Positions 17,740 to 26,991 of a DNA stretch of 27,554 bases are shown piece after piece; within the stretch, counting starts at the first letter, position 1, and every line of letters starts with the position of its first letter. The position numbers were made by a program, and so were the translations under genes. Under the pieces are notes generated by a model. It was not told the DNA's origin and ran no database searches. It saw only the letters and a list, made by a program, of their open reading frames with translations. The stretch is from Thermoproteota archaeon (lineage in GTDB: Archaea; Asgardarchaeota; Jordiarchaeia; Jordiarchaeales; Freyrarchaeaceae): assembly GCA_029258835.1 (NCBI GenBank), contig JAPDJY010000065.1:1-27554 (forward strand). The letters are read 5' to 3'.

Positions 17740-18483
17740 CTACCTTTTCAGCAATTCCTTCTTCAGCTCCTCCAAGATCTTTGGAAGAGCCTCCGCCGCC
17801 TTGCGCCTAATCGACATGGTTACGTACGGGGTTAGCGCAGTCGGGTTTGGGTTAACCTCCACCACCTCCGCCCCGTTCTCCAAGGCGATGAGTGGCAGCT
17901 GGGCTGCAGGCGAAACAACACCTGAAGTCCCAACAACCAAGAAGAGTTCTGCCTTGCCGCTGGCAATTACAGCCTCCCTCAAAACTTCAGGGTCTAACGG
18001 TTCCCCAAACTGAACCACGTGAGGGCGCAACGCTGTGCCGCAGCTATGATATGGTGGAATGCTTTCTAGGGGCGTGTTGGGCAGGTCGACTATCGCCCCA
18101 TCCCTAGGGCAGCGCCCCTTCCACATGTTCCCGTGGAGTTCAAGTACACGCTTACTTCCAGCCCTAGTGTGAAGGCCGTCAACGTTCTGGGTTATCAACC
18201 AGAAGTTCTTAAAGTACTTCTCCATCTCCGCAATGGCTAAGTGTGCAGCGTTAGGCTTGCAACGAGCCACCAAACCTCTTCTCCACTCGTAGAACTCCCA
18301 AGTCCCCTTATTGTTCCAAGGAGGACCAGCCTTACGGGCGAGCTCTCTTGCCTCGGGGATCTCCCACATTGAGCCGCGCCCCCTAAAGATCGGTACACCG
18401 CTTTCAGCTGAAACCCCTGCTCCTGTAAGAACTACCACGTGGAGGTCACGGCTCACCATAATTTTCAACCTATCAACCAACAT
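17740..18483 (-). CDS. cobB: Sir2/CobB NAD-dependent protein deacylase
   Basis: TGAGVSAESGVP, TQNVDGLH, ELHGN, VGTSGVVSPAA, EVN. Confidence 0.95.
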   Translation of the reverse strand: MLVDRLKIMVSRDLHVVVLTGAGVSAESGVPIFRGRGSMWEIPEARELARKAGPPWNNKGTWEFYEWRRGLVARCKPNAAHLAIAEMEKYFKNFWLITQNVDGLHTRAGSKRVLELHGNMWKGRCPRDGAIVDLPNTPLESIPPYHSCGTALRPHVVQFGEPLDPEVLREAVIASGKAELFLVVGTSGVVSPAAQLPLIALENGAEVVEVNPNPTALTPYVTMSIRRKAAEALPKILEELKKELLKR

Positions 18484-18763
18484 GATCCATCATCTCCAGT
18501 TGATTCTCCCTCCAGCACATCCTCCTTAAGAGGGTGCCGCTTCATTTTCAATTCAACCAGTAGAGCCAAAAAAGTCTTCTTCTCAAAAGAGAGCGTTCTT
18601 TCATGGTTCAATTTAACTTTGGTAGTCCACGCTACTCCGTGCGAACACGCTTGTAGTTAACATTTGATTAAAGGAGGGAAGGAAAATGAAGAAACTTTAA
18701 ACGTGCTGGCAACACAAAGGTAATAACGTTACAATGGAGTTAAGGTTTGCTCGGTGTTGAGAA

Positions 18764-19352
18764 ATGAGGGGTGATGTCTTCGGCAGGATGGTTAAGGCTA
18801 TAGTTAACTTAGATCCTCAAGGGGCTAGGCTGATTGCACAGGGGGCTGTTGAAAGCGGTGTTCCTCGATGGAAGCCGTTAAGGCGTTCTCTAAGGGTTTG
18901 GAGATTGTCGGTGAACTTTTCGAGAGGAACGAGTACTTTTTGGCTGACATGATAATGGCTGCTGACGCCTTTAAGGAGGCCATGGACGTGTTGAGGCCGT
19001 ATATAAGGGGGGCTGGTGGGGGGGACGAATAGTCATAGGGACTGTTAAGGACGACGTGCATGACTTAGGGAGGAATGTTGTGGCGACGCTTCTAGCAGCT
19101 GAGGGATATGGGGTCTACGATTTGGGAGTTGATGTCCCAGCTGAAAAGTTTTTGGAAAAGGTGAAGGAGGTTAACGCGGACATCTTAGGGCTTAGCGCCC
19201 TTTTAACCATGACCATGGAACGCATAAGGGAGGTTATAGGCAAGCTGGAGGAGGAAGGTTAAGAGGGAAGGTTAAGGTTATTGTCGGAGGGAGGCCGGTC
19301 ACACCGGAGTTCGCGGAGGAGGTTGGAGCAGACGGTTATGGAAGAGACGCCG
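18764..19352 (+). pseudogene. Corrinoid (B12-binding) methyltransferase protein, frameshifted and 3'-truncated
   Basis: Cap domain GLEIVGELFERNEYFLADM, GTVKDDVHDLGRN (DxHxxG), GLSALLT and VIVGGRPVT..GADGYGRDA, separated by frameshifts near 18865, 19020 and 19260. Confidence 0.88.
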
Positions 19353-19649
19353 AGTTTAAAGTTCAGATATTTCACTGCGGGGAGATAGGCGACCTTAGAA
19401 GGGCTAAAGAGGCAACCTATGGAAAGTACACTCTTATGGGTAACATACATCCAAGGGATGTGATATTGAGGGGCACTCCGGAGATGGTAGAGGAGAAATG
19501 TAAGGGAGGTTATAGAGGGTCTTGCTCCTGGAGGAGGATTCATCCTATCAGTTGGGGGAGGGGTAAGCAGAAAAATTCCCTTAGAGCACATAGAGGTACT
19601 CATAAGATCGGCTGAGAAGTACGGCCGCTACCCAATAACGGGGAAGTAG
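19353..19649 (+). pseudogene. C-terminal fragment of UroD/MtaA-family methyltransferase
   Basis: Manual translation gives TLMGNIHP..LRGTPEMV..GGGFILSVGGGV..IPLEHI..KYGRYP with one frameshift near 19503; N-terminal two-thirds missing. Confidence 0.8.
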
Positions 19650-20432
19650 GAGGGAGACCCGAGACAGACTAACGCGAACAAAGCCCTCTTGATGCGTGAC
19701 ACCACTACGTTTACCGTATCTTGGCAGATTAACAGCTGCTCTCTCACTTAACCCATTGCTCCCCATGACAGCCTAGAAGATTTTTCTCATTAGCTTTAAC
19801 GCTGAAGGACGTGTTGGCAGATAAAAGAAGAGGTTTAGCTCCAGCCGTGAAGCCAAGTTTCACCTTAGCGGTTCCTCCGAAAGGAGTAAGCAGGTTTTCA
19901 CACGATTTAAGCATGTCAAAATAGGATGCTAGGAACCTGGGTACATACTCCACCTAGATGCCTGAAATCCCTTCCTTAACCCCTTCTAGAAGAAGGGGGC
20001 GGCTTAACCACGTTTTCAGGTCTTCATTCTCCCCAGTTTCGCATAGTACATTCTAAGTTGGCACCAAGGAATCTACGTTAACCCACTTCACCTTTTACGA
20101 GTCACGTAAGGACTTCTTCAGCTGGACAAGCTTCACCTACTTCGCGTCCTCCACGAAGCCTACACTCTTCAACAGATATTATAGTGTTGACCTAATCATT
20201 GCTAAACCATTTTCGGGTTTTGGCTCCATAAAACCAAGCATTAGAAAGTCTGCGACAACACAATCCGTAAGTTTACCTACCGTACTTCCATTACAGTTGC
20301 AGGTTCGACGCTTCCCAGCCACACATCTCCAACCTTTCACTTACATCTAAACCGGAGGAGTAAGGTTAAATTCACTACATAAAAACAATGAGGAAATTTC
20401 ATTTTATATTCTTTCAAGAGTGAGAAAAGAAA

Positions 20433-20675
20433 TTAAGATGTTATGGACATCCTTTTCTTCAGGGTTTTCTTGAGTCTAACGATTAACATGTAGAGTGCTC
20501 CTATGAGGTTGAGATCCTCCTCTGTTTTCTCTCCCTTTTCGCGGAGGAGGGATTCATACACATTTTCAAGTTCCTTAATTAACGATTGAAGATCTTCATT
20601 TGAAACCGTGCACTCGACAAGCCTGGACGTATCTAGGATATCCATGACCCCACCTCCGACTCTGGAAATCCTCAT
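20433..20675 (-). CDS. Small helical hypothetical protein (start possibly about 20645)
   Basis: Protein-like E/K/L composition; GGAGGTGG SD before an internal Met; AT-rich flanks. Confidence 0.6.
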   Translation of the reverse strand: MRISRVGGGVMDILDTSRLVECTVSNEDLQSLIKELENVYESLLREKGEKTEEDLNLIGALYMLIVRLKKTLKKRMSITS

Positions 20676-20963
20676 GATATCGAAAAGTACTAGCAGAGAT
20701 ATTTAATTTTTATTCGTTTCACTTTTCTTTTTACTTTTCTTAGAAAGAGAAAATAGCTAGACATGAGCCATCACCTGAATGATGGCGCTACCTTCTAAAG
20801 AAGGCACAGTCTTTCCACCACTAAAGGGCTCCCGATCGTAATCCGTGACGTTTCCGAGGCATTAGAGTTTAAATCCGTTTATGGCGAAACGAACTTTCTG
20901 GGACGGATGAACCATAAAGTATTTCAAGGAGTAAGGAGCCTTCAGGTTAGAAGGGGGATTAAC

Positions 20964-21569
20964 ATGGTGAAAATATTCATGGTTGAAGAAGGAGAGTTAA
21001 CCCCTGTAGATAAGCCCGTCTTCTCTAGAGGGGACACGTACGTTGTCGATGCAGGGGACAAAATATGGATTTGGATTGGAAGCAAGTCGACGGTTGACGA
21101 GAAGTTTGCAGGGGCACTGTTATCAGATCTAATAGACAAAGAGAGGAGAGGGAGACCGGACGTTGAAACGGTGGAGGAGGGGAAGGAAACCAAGGAGTTT
21201 CTGGCTGCTGTTAAGGGAATGCGCATCGTCGACAAAGACCTGGCAAAGTCGATCCTTAAGAAAGTTAGGGTTGAAAAGCATGAACCTGTAATGTACAGGA
21301 TCTCTGGGGAAGAGTATGAGGCACTCGAAGACATAAAGTTCGTTCAGGTACCTCTTTCAAAGGAGGAACTCGATTCAGAAGACGTCTTCCTCATAGACAC
21401 ATGGGATAAAATATACATCTGGCAAGGGAAAAAGGCAAGCATAAGGGAAAGGGTCGCAGGGGGACGGATAGCCAGAGCATTCGACGCAGAGAGAGCAGGA
21501 GTGCAAAAGGAAATATTCGTTGAAGAAGGAGAAGAACCAGAAGAGCTAAAGAAAATTCTCAATCTCTAA
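20964..21569 (+). CDS. Two-domain gelsolin-like protein (eukaryotic signature protein)
   Basis: Two gelsolin cores: FSRGDTYVVDAGDKIWIWIGSKS..EK..VEEGKE and LDSEDVFLIDTWDKIYIWQGKKAS..ER..VEEGEEP. SD-like AGGGGG before ATG 20964 (ORF track starts at 20907). Confidence 0.93.
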   Translation: MVKIFMVEEGELTPVDKPVFSRGDTYVVDAGDKIWIWIGSKSTVDEKFAGALLSDLIDKERRGRPDVETVEEGKETKEFLAAVKGMRIVDKDLAKSILKKVRVEKHEPVMYRISGEEYEALEDIKFVQVPLSKEELDSEDVFLIDTWDKIYIWQGKKASIRERVAGGRIARAFDAERAGVQKEIFVEEGEEPEELKKILNL

Positions 21570-21675
21570 ACCACGCGATAATCCTTTCTACGGCAACATT
21601 ATGAAAAAAGAAAAACAAAATAGAGTGTAACTGGGTTAACAGTGAAGGCAAACGAGCAGTTAGGCTCAGACGGAT

Positions 21676-22254
21676 TTAGAAGGGCGTCCACTTGAAGGGG
21701 GTGCTTGAAGCGTCCCAGTCTCTTCCACCACGCTTATCCCTCAATCGCTTCAGGATATCGTGTATTTCCTCTAGTGCATTACGGAGTGCCTCCTCAGCCT
21801 CTGCGATCTCTTCGAGATAGTCTTCGTGACCTTCAACGCCAAGCAAATATTGAAGGGATGACAGGAGCTCTGCAACGAGGCCACGTAGCTCCGAGGAGAA
21901 TGAGGAGGGCCATAGAGGAAGCCAGCCCCACTTGAACCACCACTTTTCACCCATAGACTTCTCGAATTCTTTCAGAACCTTACGTCCCTTGTCAGTAAGC
22001 GTGTACCTTTTAGACCCGTCCCGTATCGTTTGAACCTCACTTATGTAGCCATTATCCTGAAGCCATGCAAGCAGGGGGTAGATTGATCCAGGACTTGGCT
22101 TCCAGAATCCTCCTGTCCTCCTCGATATCTCATCCATGATCTCCGCTCCTGACATGGGCTTCTCTGAAAGAAGCTTAAGGACATATGTTCTCAGGTATCC
22201 TTTTGGAACCGATGCCACATGACGCATCCATCTTTTAAACTCGTGAGGAAACAT
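21676..22254 (-). CDS. PadR-family transcriptional regulator
   Basis: VLKLLSEKPMSGAEI, PSPGSIYPLLAWL, KRYTLTDKG; probable ATG at 22254. Confidence 0.93.
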   Translation of the reverse strand: MFPHEFKRWMRHVASVPKGYLRTYVLKLLSEKPMSGAEIMDEISRRTGGFWKPSPGSIYPLLAWLQDNGYISEVQTIRDGSKRYTLTDKGRKVLKEFEKSMGEKWWFKWGWLPLWPSSFSSELRGLVAELLSSLQYLLGVEGHEDYLEEIAEAEEALRNALEEIHDILKRLRDKRGGRDWDASSTPFKWTPF

Positions 22255-22265
22255 CGTCCCACCAA

Positions 22266-22303
22266 TATCCAATTTGATATCAATATCGATATCGAATTAG
22301 ATA
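22266..22303. promoter_or_regulatory. Inverted repeat, probable PadR autoregulatory operator
   Basis: TATCCAATTTGATATC-N6-GATATCGAATTAGATA (14/16 match), between a minus-strand TTTATAT box (about 22311-22305) and the padR start. Confidence 0.65.
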
Positions 22304-22467
22304 AATATAAATTTTTCCAAGAAAGCAATCAGAATTGCGCATCGTCAGCCAGACTAAAGGATGGGAATAGTGAATGGAGTATTCATCTTCAAAGTAGTAC
22401 AATAGAGAATTAGGAGAGGTGTCCTTTGATATTCGTCTCTTCGCAAAAAGGAATATGGAAAGGATTG

Positions 22468-23151
22468 CTAAAGCATGTAAACTTTTCCTTTGCATGCCGG
22501 ATTATTGAATTCTTTGAGCTCATACTCGCATTCCGATCCTGTTATTAAGCTCGTTGTACTAATCATAACTCTTAGCACGATGCAGGGTTTTCCACCGATC
22601 ATCTTTGTGATATGTTCCTCTTCAAACTTCAAGCAAGCGTCTTTAAAAGGGCACTTGTTGATGGAGACTGTAACTGAGCCGTCATCGCCAACTTCCTCGA
22701 TGTTGAAAGGTATTAGCACGTTCATTTTCGCGGTCATCTCACCGAAACTCTTCACCGCTGACAGAAGGTCCACCCTACTTTCACCCGACCCTGCAAGCTT
22801 TTCCGTGAAACTAGCCGCCGTCCTCCTTGTGTCTGACCCTGGAGCACCCTGCAAGATGCTTTCAGCCTTAACTAGGCCATACACTGCGGAGCAGTAGCAG
22901 AACGGGTATCGGTCAACGTTGCTGAGGAGGTAAGCTTTTAACTCATCTAATGTTTCAATGCTCGGAGGATCCTCGCCGAGTTTCTCAGCTTCAAACTTCA
23001 CCGCATTTTCAATAGCTAACCTTGTGAAGACTGGTCCATAAATATTCTCCGACCTACTTATTTCCTGAATTAGATGCTCTGTAACAAGCTTGTAATCATA
23101 ATTCTCTATAAGCTCCGACATTACCTCTACCCCACCCTTTCCAACTACCAA
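22468..23151 (-). CDS. V4R/methanogen-output-domain-like Cys-containing protein (probable start 23121)
   Basis: VSINKCPFKDAC..KPC..CEY..ACKG Cys pattern in the C-terminal half. Confidence 0.55.
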   Translation of the reverse strand: MVVGKGGVEVMSELIENYDYKLVTEHLIQEISRSENIYGPVFTRLAIENAVKFEAEKLGEDPPSIETLDELKAYLLSNVDRYPFCYCSAVYGLVKAESILQGAPGSDTRRTAASFTEKLAGSGESRVDLLSAVKSFGEMTAKMNVLIPFNIEEVGDDGSVTVSINKCPFKDACLKFEEEHITKMIGGKPCIVLRVMISTTSLITGSECEYELKEFNNPACKGKVYML

Positions 23152-23455
23152 CCATGGAAAATTATATTTGTCTTCTTATATTATTAAATCTTTCTTCTCT
23201 TTTTATTTTTTTAATTTTTTAAATTTTTATTTAGTTTTTTATCTTAACTACTATAATCTTGACTACTTAACTACTTATTTTAACTACGGAGGTTGGCTAC
23301 GGGAATGAACACCTCACTGCATGGTTTTCCGCTTCTCCCAATTTACCTTCCATAAAAAGGACTAAAAACAAAGGATGTTTGCCTCTATGATCCTTCTTCC
23401 AAATGTGAACGCTACCAACAACGAGTCGAAAACGGAGACTCATCCTTAGAAGGGT

Positions 23456-24076
23456 TTAGTCGATTAAAACTAGCCCTGTTAGAGTGATTATGTTACGTGT
23501 GCTCCATTTGAGAGTTAAGCCGGCGTTCTCAAGGGTTTTGTGGACGTCTATTCCTACGGCCTCCATGCTCGGCCGGGCTTCGAAGGGATGTTTGCAGGGG
23601 GAATTAACGTCGCATTCCTCGCAGAGGGGGCATGCTCCTGCGGCGAAGCCTACGGCGAACCTGTACCCCATCTTAAAGGCTTCCCTCTCGACTCCGGAGA
23701 CCACACGGTTGAGTAGCTTCCATGCGAACCCACCTCTCGCCCTTAAAAGCCTGTTGAACTCCTCATCTGAGATTATATCCTCTAGTTTAACATCGTCGCG
23801 GAGGCGTGCCTTAATGTCCTCGGTTAGGGGGATGTCGACCTGAACCAGTATTGCATACCTGTATTTTGAAAGGTACTTTTCGAACTCCTCAGCGGACGGG
23901 GTGAACGGGGGACACATTTTGTTTCTGCCATAGAAGGGGCAGGGGGGGTACCTGCACTTTAACTGGACGCGTGCATCCACAGTTATCACGTCTGTGGTTA
24001 CAACTTTAACTCTACTAGCTCCGAGTGAGAAGGCCAGCTTTGAAAGTTCATCCAAGTCTTTCTTTAACTTATTCAA
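23456..24076 (-). CDS. DUF2284 predicted metal-binding protein
   Basis: KC..CPFYGRNKMCPP, GACPLCEEC, CKHP..ARPSMEAVGIDV, GLVLI. Confidence 0.9.
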   Translation of the reverse strand: MNKLKKDLDELSKLAFSLGASRVKVVTTDVITVDARVQLKCRYPPCPFYGRNKMCPPFTPSAEEFEKYLSKYRYAILVQVDIPLTEDIKARLRDDVKLEDIISDEEFNRLLRARGGFAWKLLNRVVSGVEREAFKMGYRFAVGFAAGACPLCEECDVNSPCKHPFEARPSMEAVGIDVHKTLENAGLTLKWSTRNIITLTGLVLID

Positions 24077-24174
24077 TAGGGATCACCCCTTGAGTAAAAG
24101 TAAAAGTGAGCAAGTAAATGAGGCTTCCTCTTTGGTAGAATTACAGGGATGGTTCAGCACGCTTAGACCAGTGG

Positions 24175-25470
24175 CTAAGCATACTTTTCTAGGTGTTCGG
24201 GGAGTAGCATGTTTTTCTCGATTATTTCCTTGTAAAGGTAGGCGCTTTCCCTAAGACGCCTCTCCATGCTTTCAAAGTTTACTTCTACCAAGCCGAACTT
24301 CATCTGGTATCCTAGAACCCATTCAAAGTTGTCTATAAGCGACCAGTAAATGTATCCTTTAACGTCGGCTCCTTGCGATATAGCGTCGTGAACAGCCTTG
24401 AGATGCCTAACTAAGTACCGGCGTCGCTGCTCGTCGTCTCTCGTCGCGATGCCGTTTTCCGTCACAATTAGAGGTTTACCGTACTGTTTAAGTGAAAGAA
24501 GCACTTTACTTAAGCCGTCAGGGTACACTTCAAGACCTTGATCAGACCTTTCTGCTCCCTCGGGAACGTTGACGAATGGTAGGGGGAACTCCTCGTTTTG
24601 AGGGGTGCAAAGGGTTCTACTATAGTAGTTTACACCTATGAAGTCCCATGAGTCTTTAAGGTAGTCTTGCTTCTCTCCCGTCCCTAGTGGGGGCTGAATG
24701 GCTCCTGTATTTATGCTTTCCAGCATGCACTCATTGAAAAAATGGTTTCTCTTCTTAGCTTCTTCAACATCCTCCTTAGAGAGAGGGTTTAAGGGTTCGA
24801 AGGGTATCATTTGCTTTACGGGGGCAACCATTGGCTTAGGGTATCCGAGAGATTTACATGTTTCATGGATTGCCTGGTACGCTCTCCCATGGGCTAGCAG
24901 CATGTTTCTGGCAGCAGTCAGGCACTTATCAAGGCTTCTCTCCCCTGGCGGGAAGATCCCGAAAAGGTATCCCATCGTCGCGACGATCATAGGTTCATTG
25001 ATGGTGTTATAGATGGAAAACAGGTCGCCTAGGTTTTCCACTACGATCCTAGCGAACGACTCGAATATTTCAGGGCTTCTTGGGTTGAGCCATCCACCTT
25101 GATCCTCAAACCATAAGGGGTTTGTGAAGTGGTGTAGGGTGACCATTGGCTCTATTCCACGATCCCTAAGCGCTGACAGCACCTTACGGTAATGTTCAAC
25201 CTCAACATTGTTTATAACGCCCTCCTTTGGCTCTATTCTACTCCACTCCACCGAAGTCCTGAAAACCTTTAAGCCTAGGAAGGATGCTATGTCGAAGTCT
25301 TCCTCGTACCTGTTGTAGTGGTCGCATGCACGTCCGGACGTTGAACCGTCAAGTATTCTCCCCTGTTCCTCCCACCTCCACCACTGATTTCCCGTGTTTT
25401 CTCCCTCAACTTGGTGGGCTGAAACAGCGCATCCCCAGAGGAAGCCTTCGGGGAAAGCTAGGGCCTTCAA
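24175..25470 (-). CDS. Glycoside hydrolase family 1 (beta-glucosidase/galactosidase)
   Basis: FPEGFLWG..SAHQVEG, TLHHF, TINEP acid/base, VTENG nucleophile, WSLIDNFEW. Confidence 0.96.
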   Translation of the reverse strand: MKALAFPEGFLWGCAVSAHQVEGENTGNQWWRWEEQGRILDGSTSGRACDHYNRYEEDFDIASFLGLKVFRTSVEWSRIEPKEGVINNVEVEHYRKVLSALRDRGIEPMVTLHHFTNPLWFEDQGGWLNPRSPEIFESFARIVVENLGDLFSIYNTINEPMIVATMGYLFGIFPPGERSLDKCLTAARNMLLAHGRAYQAIHETCKSLGYPKPMVAPVKQMIPFEPLNPLSKEDVEEAKKRNHFFNECMLESINTGAIQPPLGTGEKQDYLKDSWDFIGVNYYSRTLCTPQNEEFPLPFVNVPEGAERSDQGLEVYPDGLSKVLLSLKQYGKPLIVTENGIATRDDEQRRRYLVRHLKAVHDAISQGADVKGYIYWSLIDNFEWVLGYQMKFGLVEVNFESMERRLRESAYLYKEIIEKNMLLPEHLEKYA

Positions 25471-25546
25471 TCGTCAAACCCCTACATTCCATCAAAACTA
25501 AAATAATTTAAAGTTTTAGTTAAATCATTTCATATTAACGGCTATC

Positions 25547-26380
25547 GTGATGGAGGGTGAAGGATTGATCATAGACTTCCACGTTCACCCATACTTTAAC
25601 CATGGCGACGGGAAAACCTTTAATTGGAGAGACTACTGGTCAATAGAGCTCACCTACCGATCCCTTAAACACTTAAGGTTAAAGCTGGGTGTTAGACGCC
25701 TTTGCAGGTACTTCGAGTACAGGATGAAGCTGAGGGGGATAAGCCTTTGCGTGATGTCGACCTTTTACACGTACCTTAACAGTGTGGTAAAGGCGATGGT
25801 TGAGCTTCGGCCAGACCTTTTCATCGGGTTCTGCAACGTTGACCCGCACGCAGACGATGCCCACCTTCAACTTTTAGGTCATGTCAAGCTTGATGGGTTT
25901 AAGGGGTTAAAGCTTCACCCCCTCCACCAAGGTTTCCGCCCTCAAGATGTACCTGAAATATGGAGGGTAGCGTCGAAGCTGGGGATCCCCGTTCTAGTCC
26001 ATTCAGGTAAAATATGGAGGAGCGACCCGGACTATGCGGACCCTTCACATTTCTACGACGTGCTTGACACCTATCAGGGGTTTACACTGGTCTTAGCTCA
26101 TATGGGTGGAAATTACGTTGAGGATGCCGTGAGGCTTGCCAAGAAGTTCGACAACGTGTACTTGGAGACGTCGGGTGCATCTAAGAGGAGAATTGTGTAC
26201 GCCCTCGAAAGGATCGGCTGCGAGAGGATCGTTTACGGCAGCGACTCGCCTTTTATTCCCATGGGTGACCCGGTGAAGGAGATAGATAAGATCAGGGAGC
26301 TGCCCGTCAGGGAGTGGGAGAAGCAGAGGATACTTGGAGGAAACGCGGCGGAGATCTTGGGGCTGGGTGGGGATGCCTGA
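25547..26380 (+). CDS. Amidohydrolase_2 family TIM-barrel metallohydrolase
   Basis: IDFHVH, GLKLHP, VLVHSG, LAHMGG, NVYLETS, YGSDSP. Confidence 0.92.
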   Translation: MMEGEGLIIDFHVHPYFNHGDGKTFNWRDYWSIELTYRSLKHLRLKLGVRRLCRYFEYRMKLRGISLCVMSTFYTYLNSVVKAMVELRPDLFIGFCNVDPHADDAHLQLLGHVKLDGFKGLKLHPLHQGFRPQDVPEIWRVASKLGIPVLVHSGKIWRSDPDYADPSHFYDVLDTYQGFTLVLAHMGGNYVEDAVRLAKKFDNVYLETSGASKRRIVYALERIGCERIVYGSDSPFIPMGDPVKEIDKIRELPVREWEKQRILGGNAAEILGLGGDA

Positions 26381-26382
26381 GG

Positions 26383-26979
26383 CTAGAATCCTATTTCCAG
26401 CATTGTTAAGAGGACTTCGTGCGGTTTCAGCTCGACCTCCTCGACTTCAAGCTCCACCTTCTTCTTTAGCCTGACGTCGTGATCCCCTATTATCTCGACT
26501 ATGTTTGCTTCTGCGAGTTGATGGCATAACTGCACAACCCTCCACCTTTCAAGCCCTATAGCCTTTGATATGGTGGTAAAGGAGAGGGTTTGACCACGCT
26601 GGTGGGCTTCAAGCAGCATGTCATAGATCTCTGCTCTCTTCTCGTGGGACAACGCGAAGCCTAGCTTGGCGAGCTGCTCAACCGACATGTCACCGAACGT
26701 CACGACTGATCCGTCATCGACGTCGACCAACTTCAGCTTTAACATCTTGTTCAGAAGGAAGACAACCCCTAAATGTACGGCTTTGAGGACGCTTCCAAGG
26801 TCTGGCTTGGCGAGAAACCTAAGCTGATCGTAAACGTACTTAGACGACTTACCAGTCTTCTTCCTCATCCACTTAGGGTTAGCTACCTTTTTGTCGAAGA
26901 TTTCCCTTAATATTTCCACTCTTGTCGGATGGGATAAAGCCTTAAAGTACGGGACAACGTCTTTCATGGACTTCTTCAA
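26383..26979 (-). CDS. Tandem ArsR-like winged-helix protein
   Basis: Two repeats: FKALSHPTRVEIL and GFALSHEKRAEIY, each followed by HTH and wing. Confidence 0.75.
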   Translation of the reverse strand: MKKSMKDVVPYFKALSHPTRVEILREIFDKKVANPKWMRKKTGKSSKYVYDQLRFLAKPDLGSVLKAVHLGVVFLLNKMLKLKLVDVDDGSVVTFGDMSVEQLAKLGFALSHEKRAEIYDMLLEAHQRGQTLSFTTISKAIGLERWRVVQLCHQLAEANIVEIIGDHDVRLKKKVELEVEEVELKPHEVLLTMLEIGF

Positions 26980-26991
26980 TTTACAACACCT

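Noticed and set aside
19650-20400. Short ORFs 19581-19766 and 19744-19953
   Set aside because: No recognisable family; probably decayed sequence.
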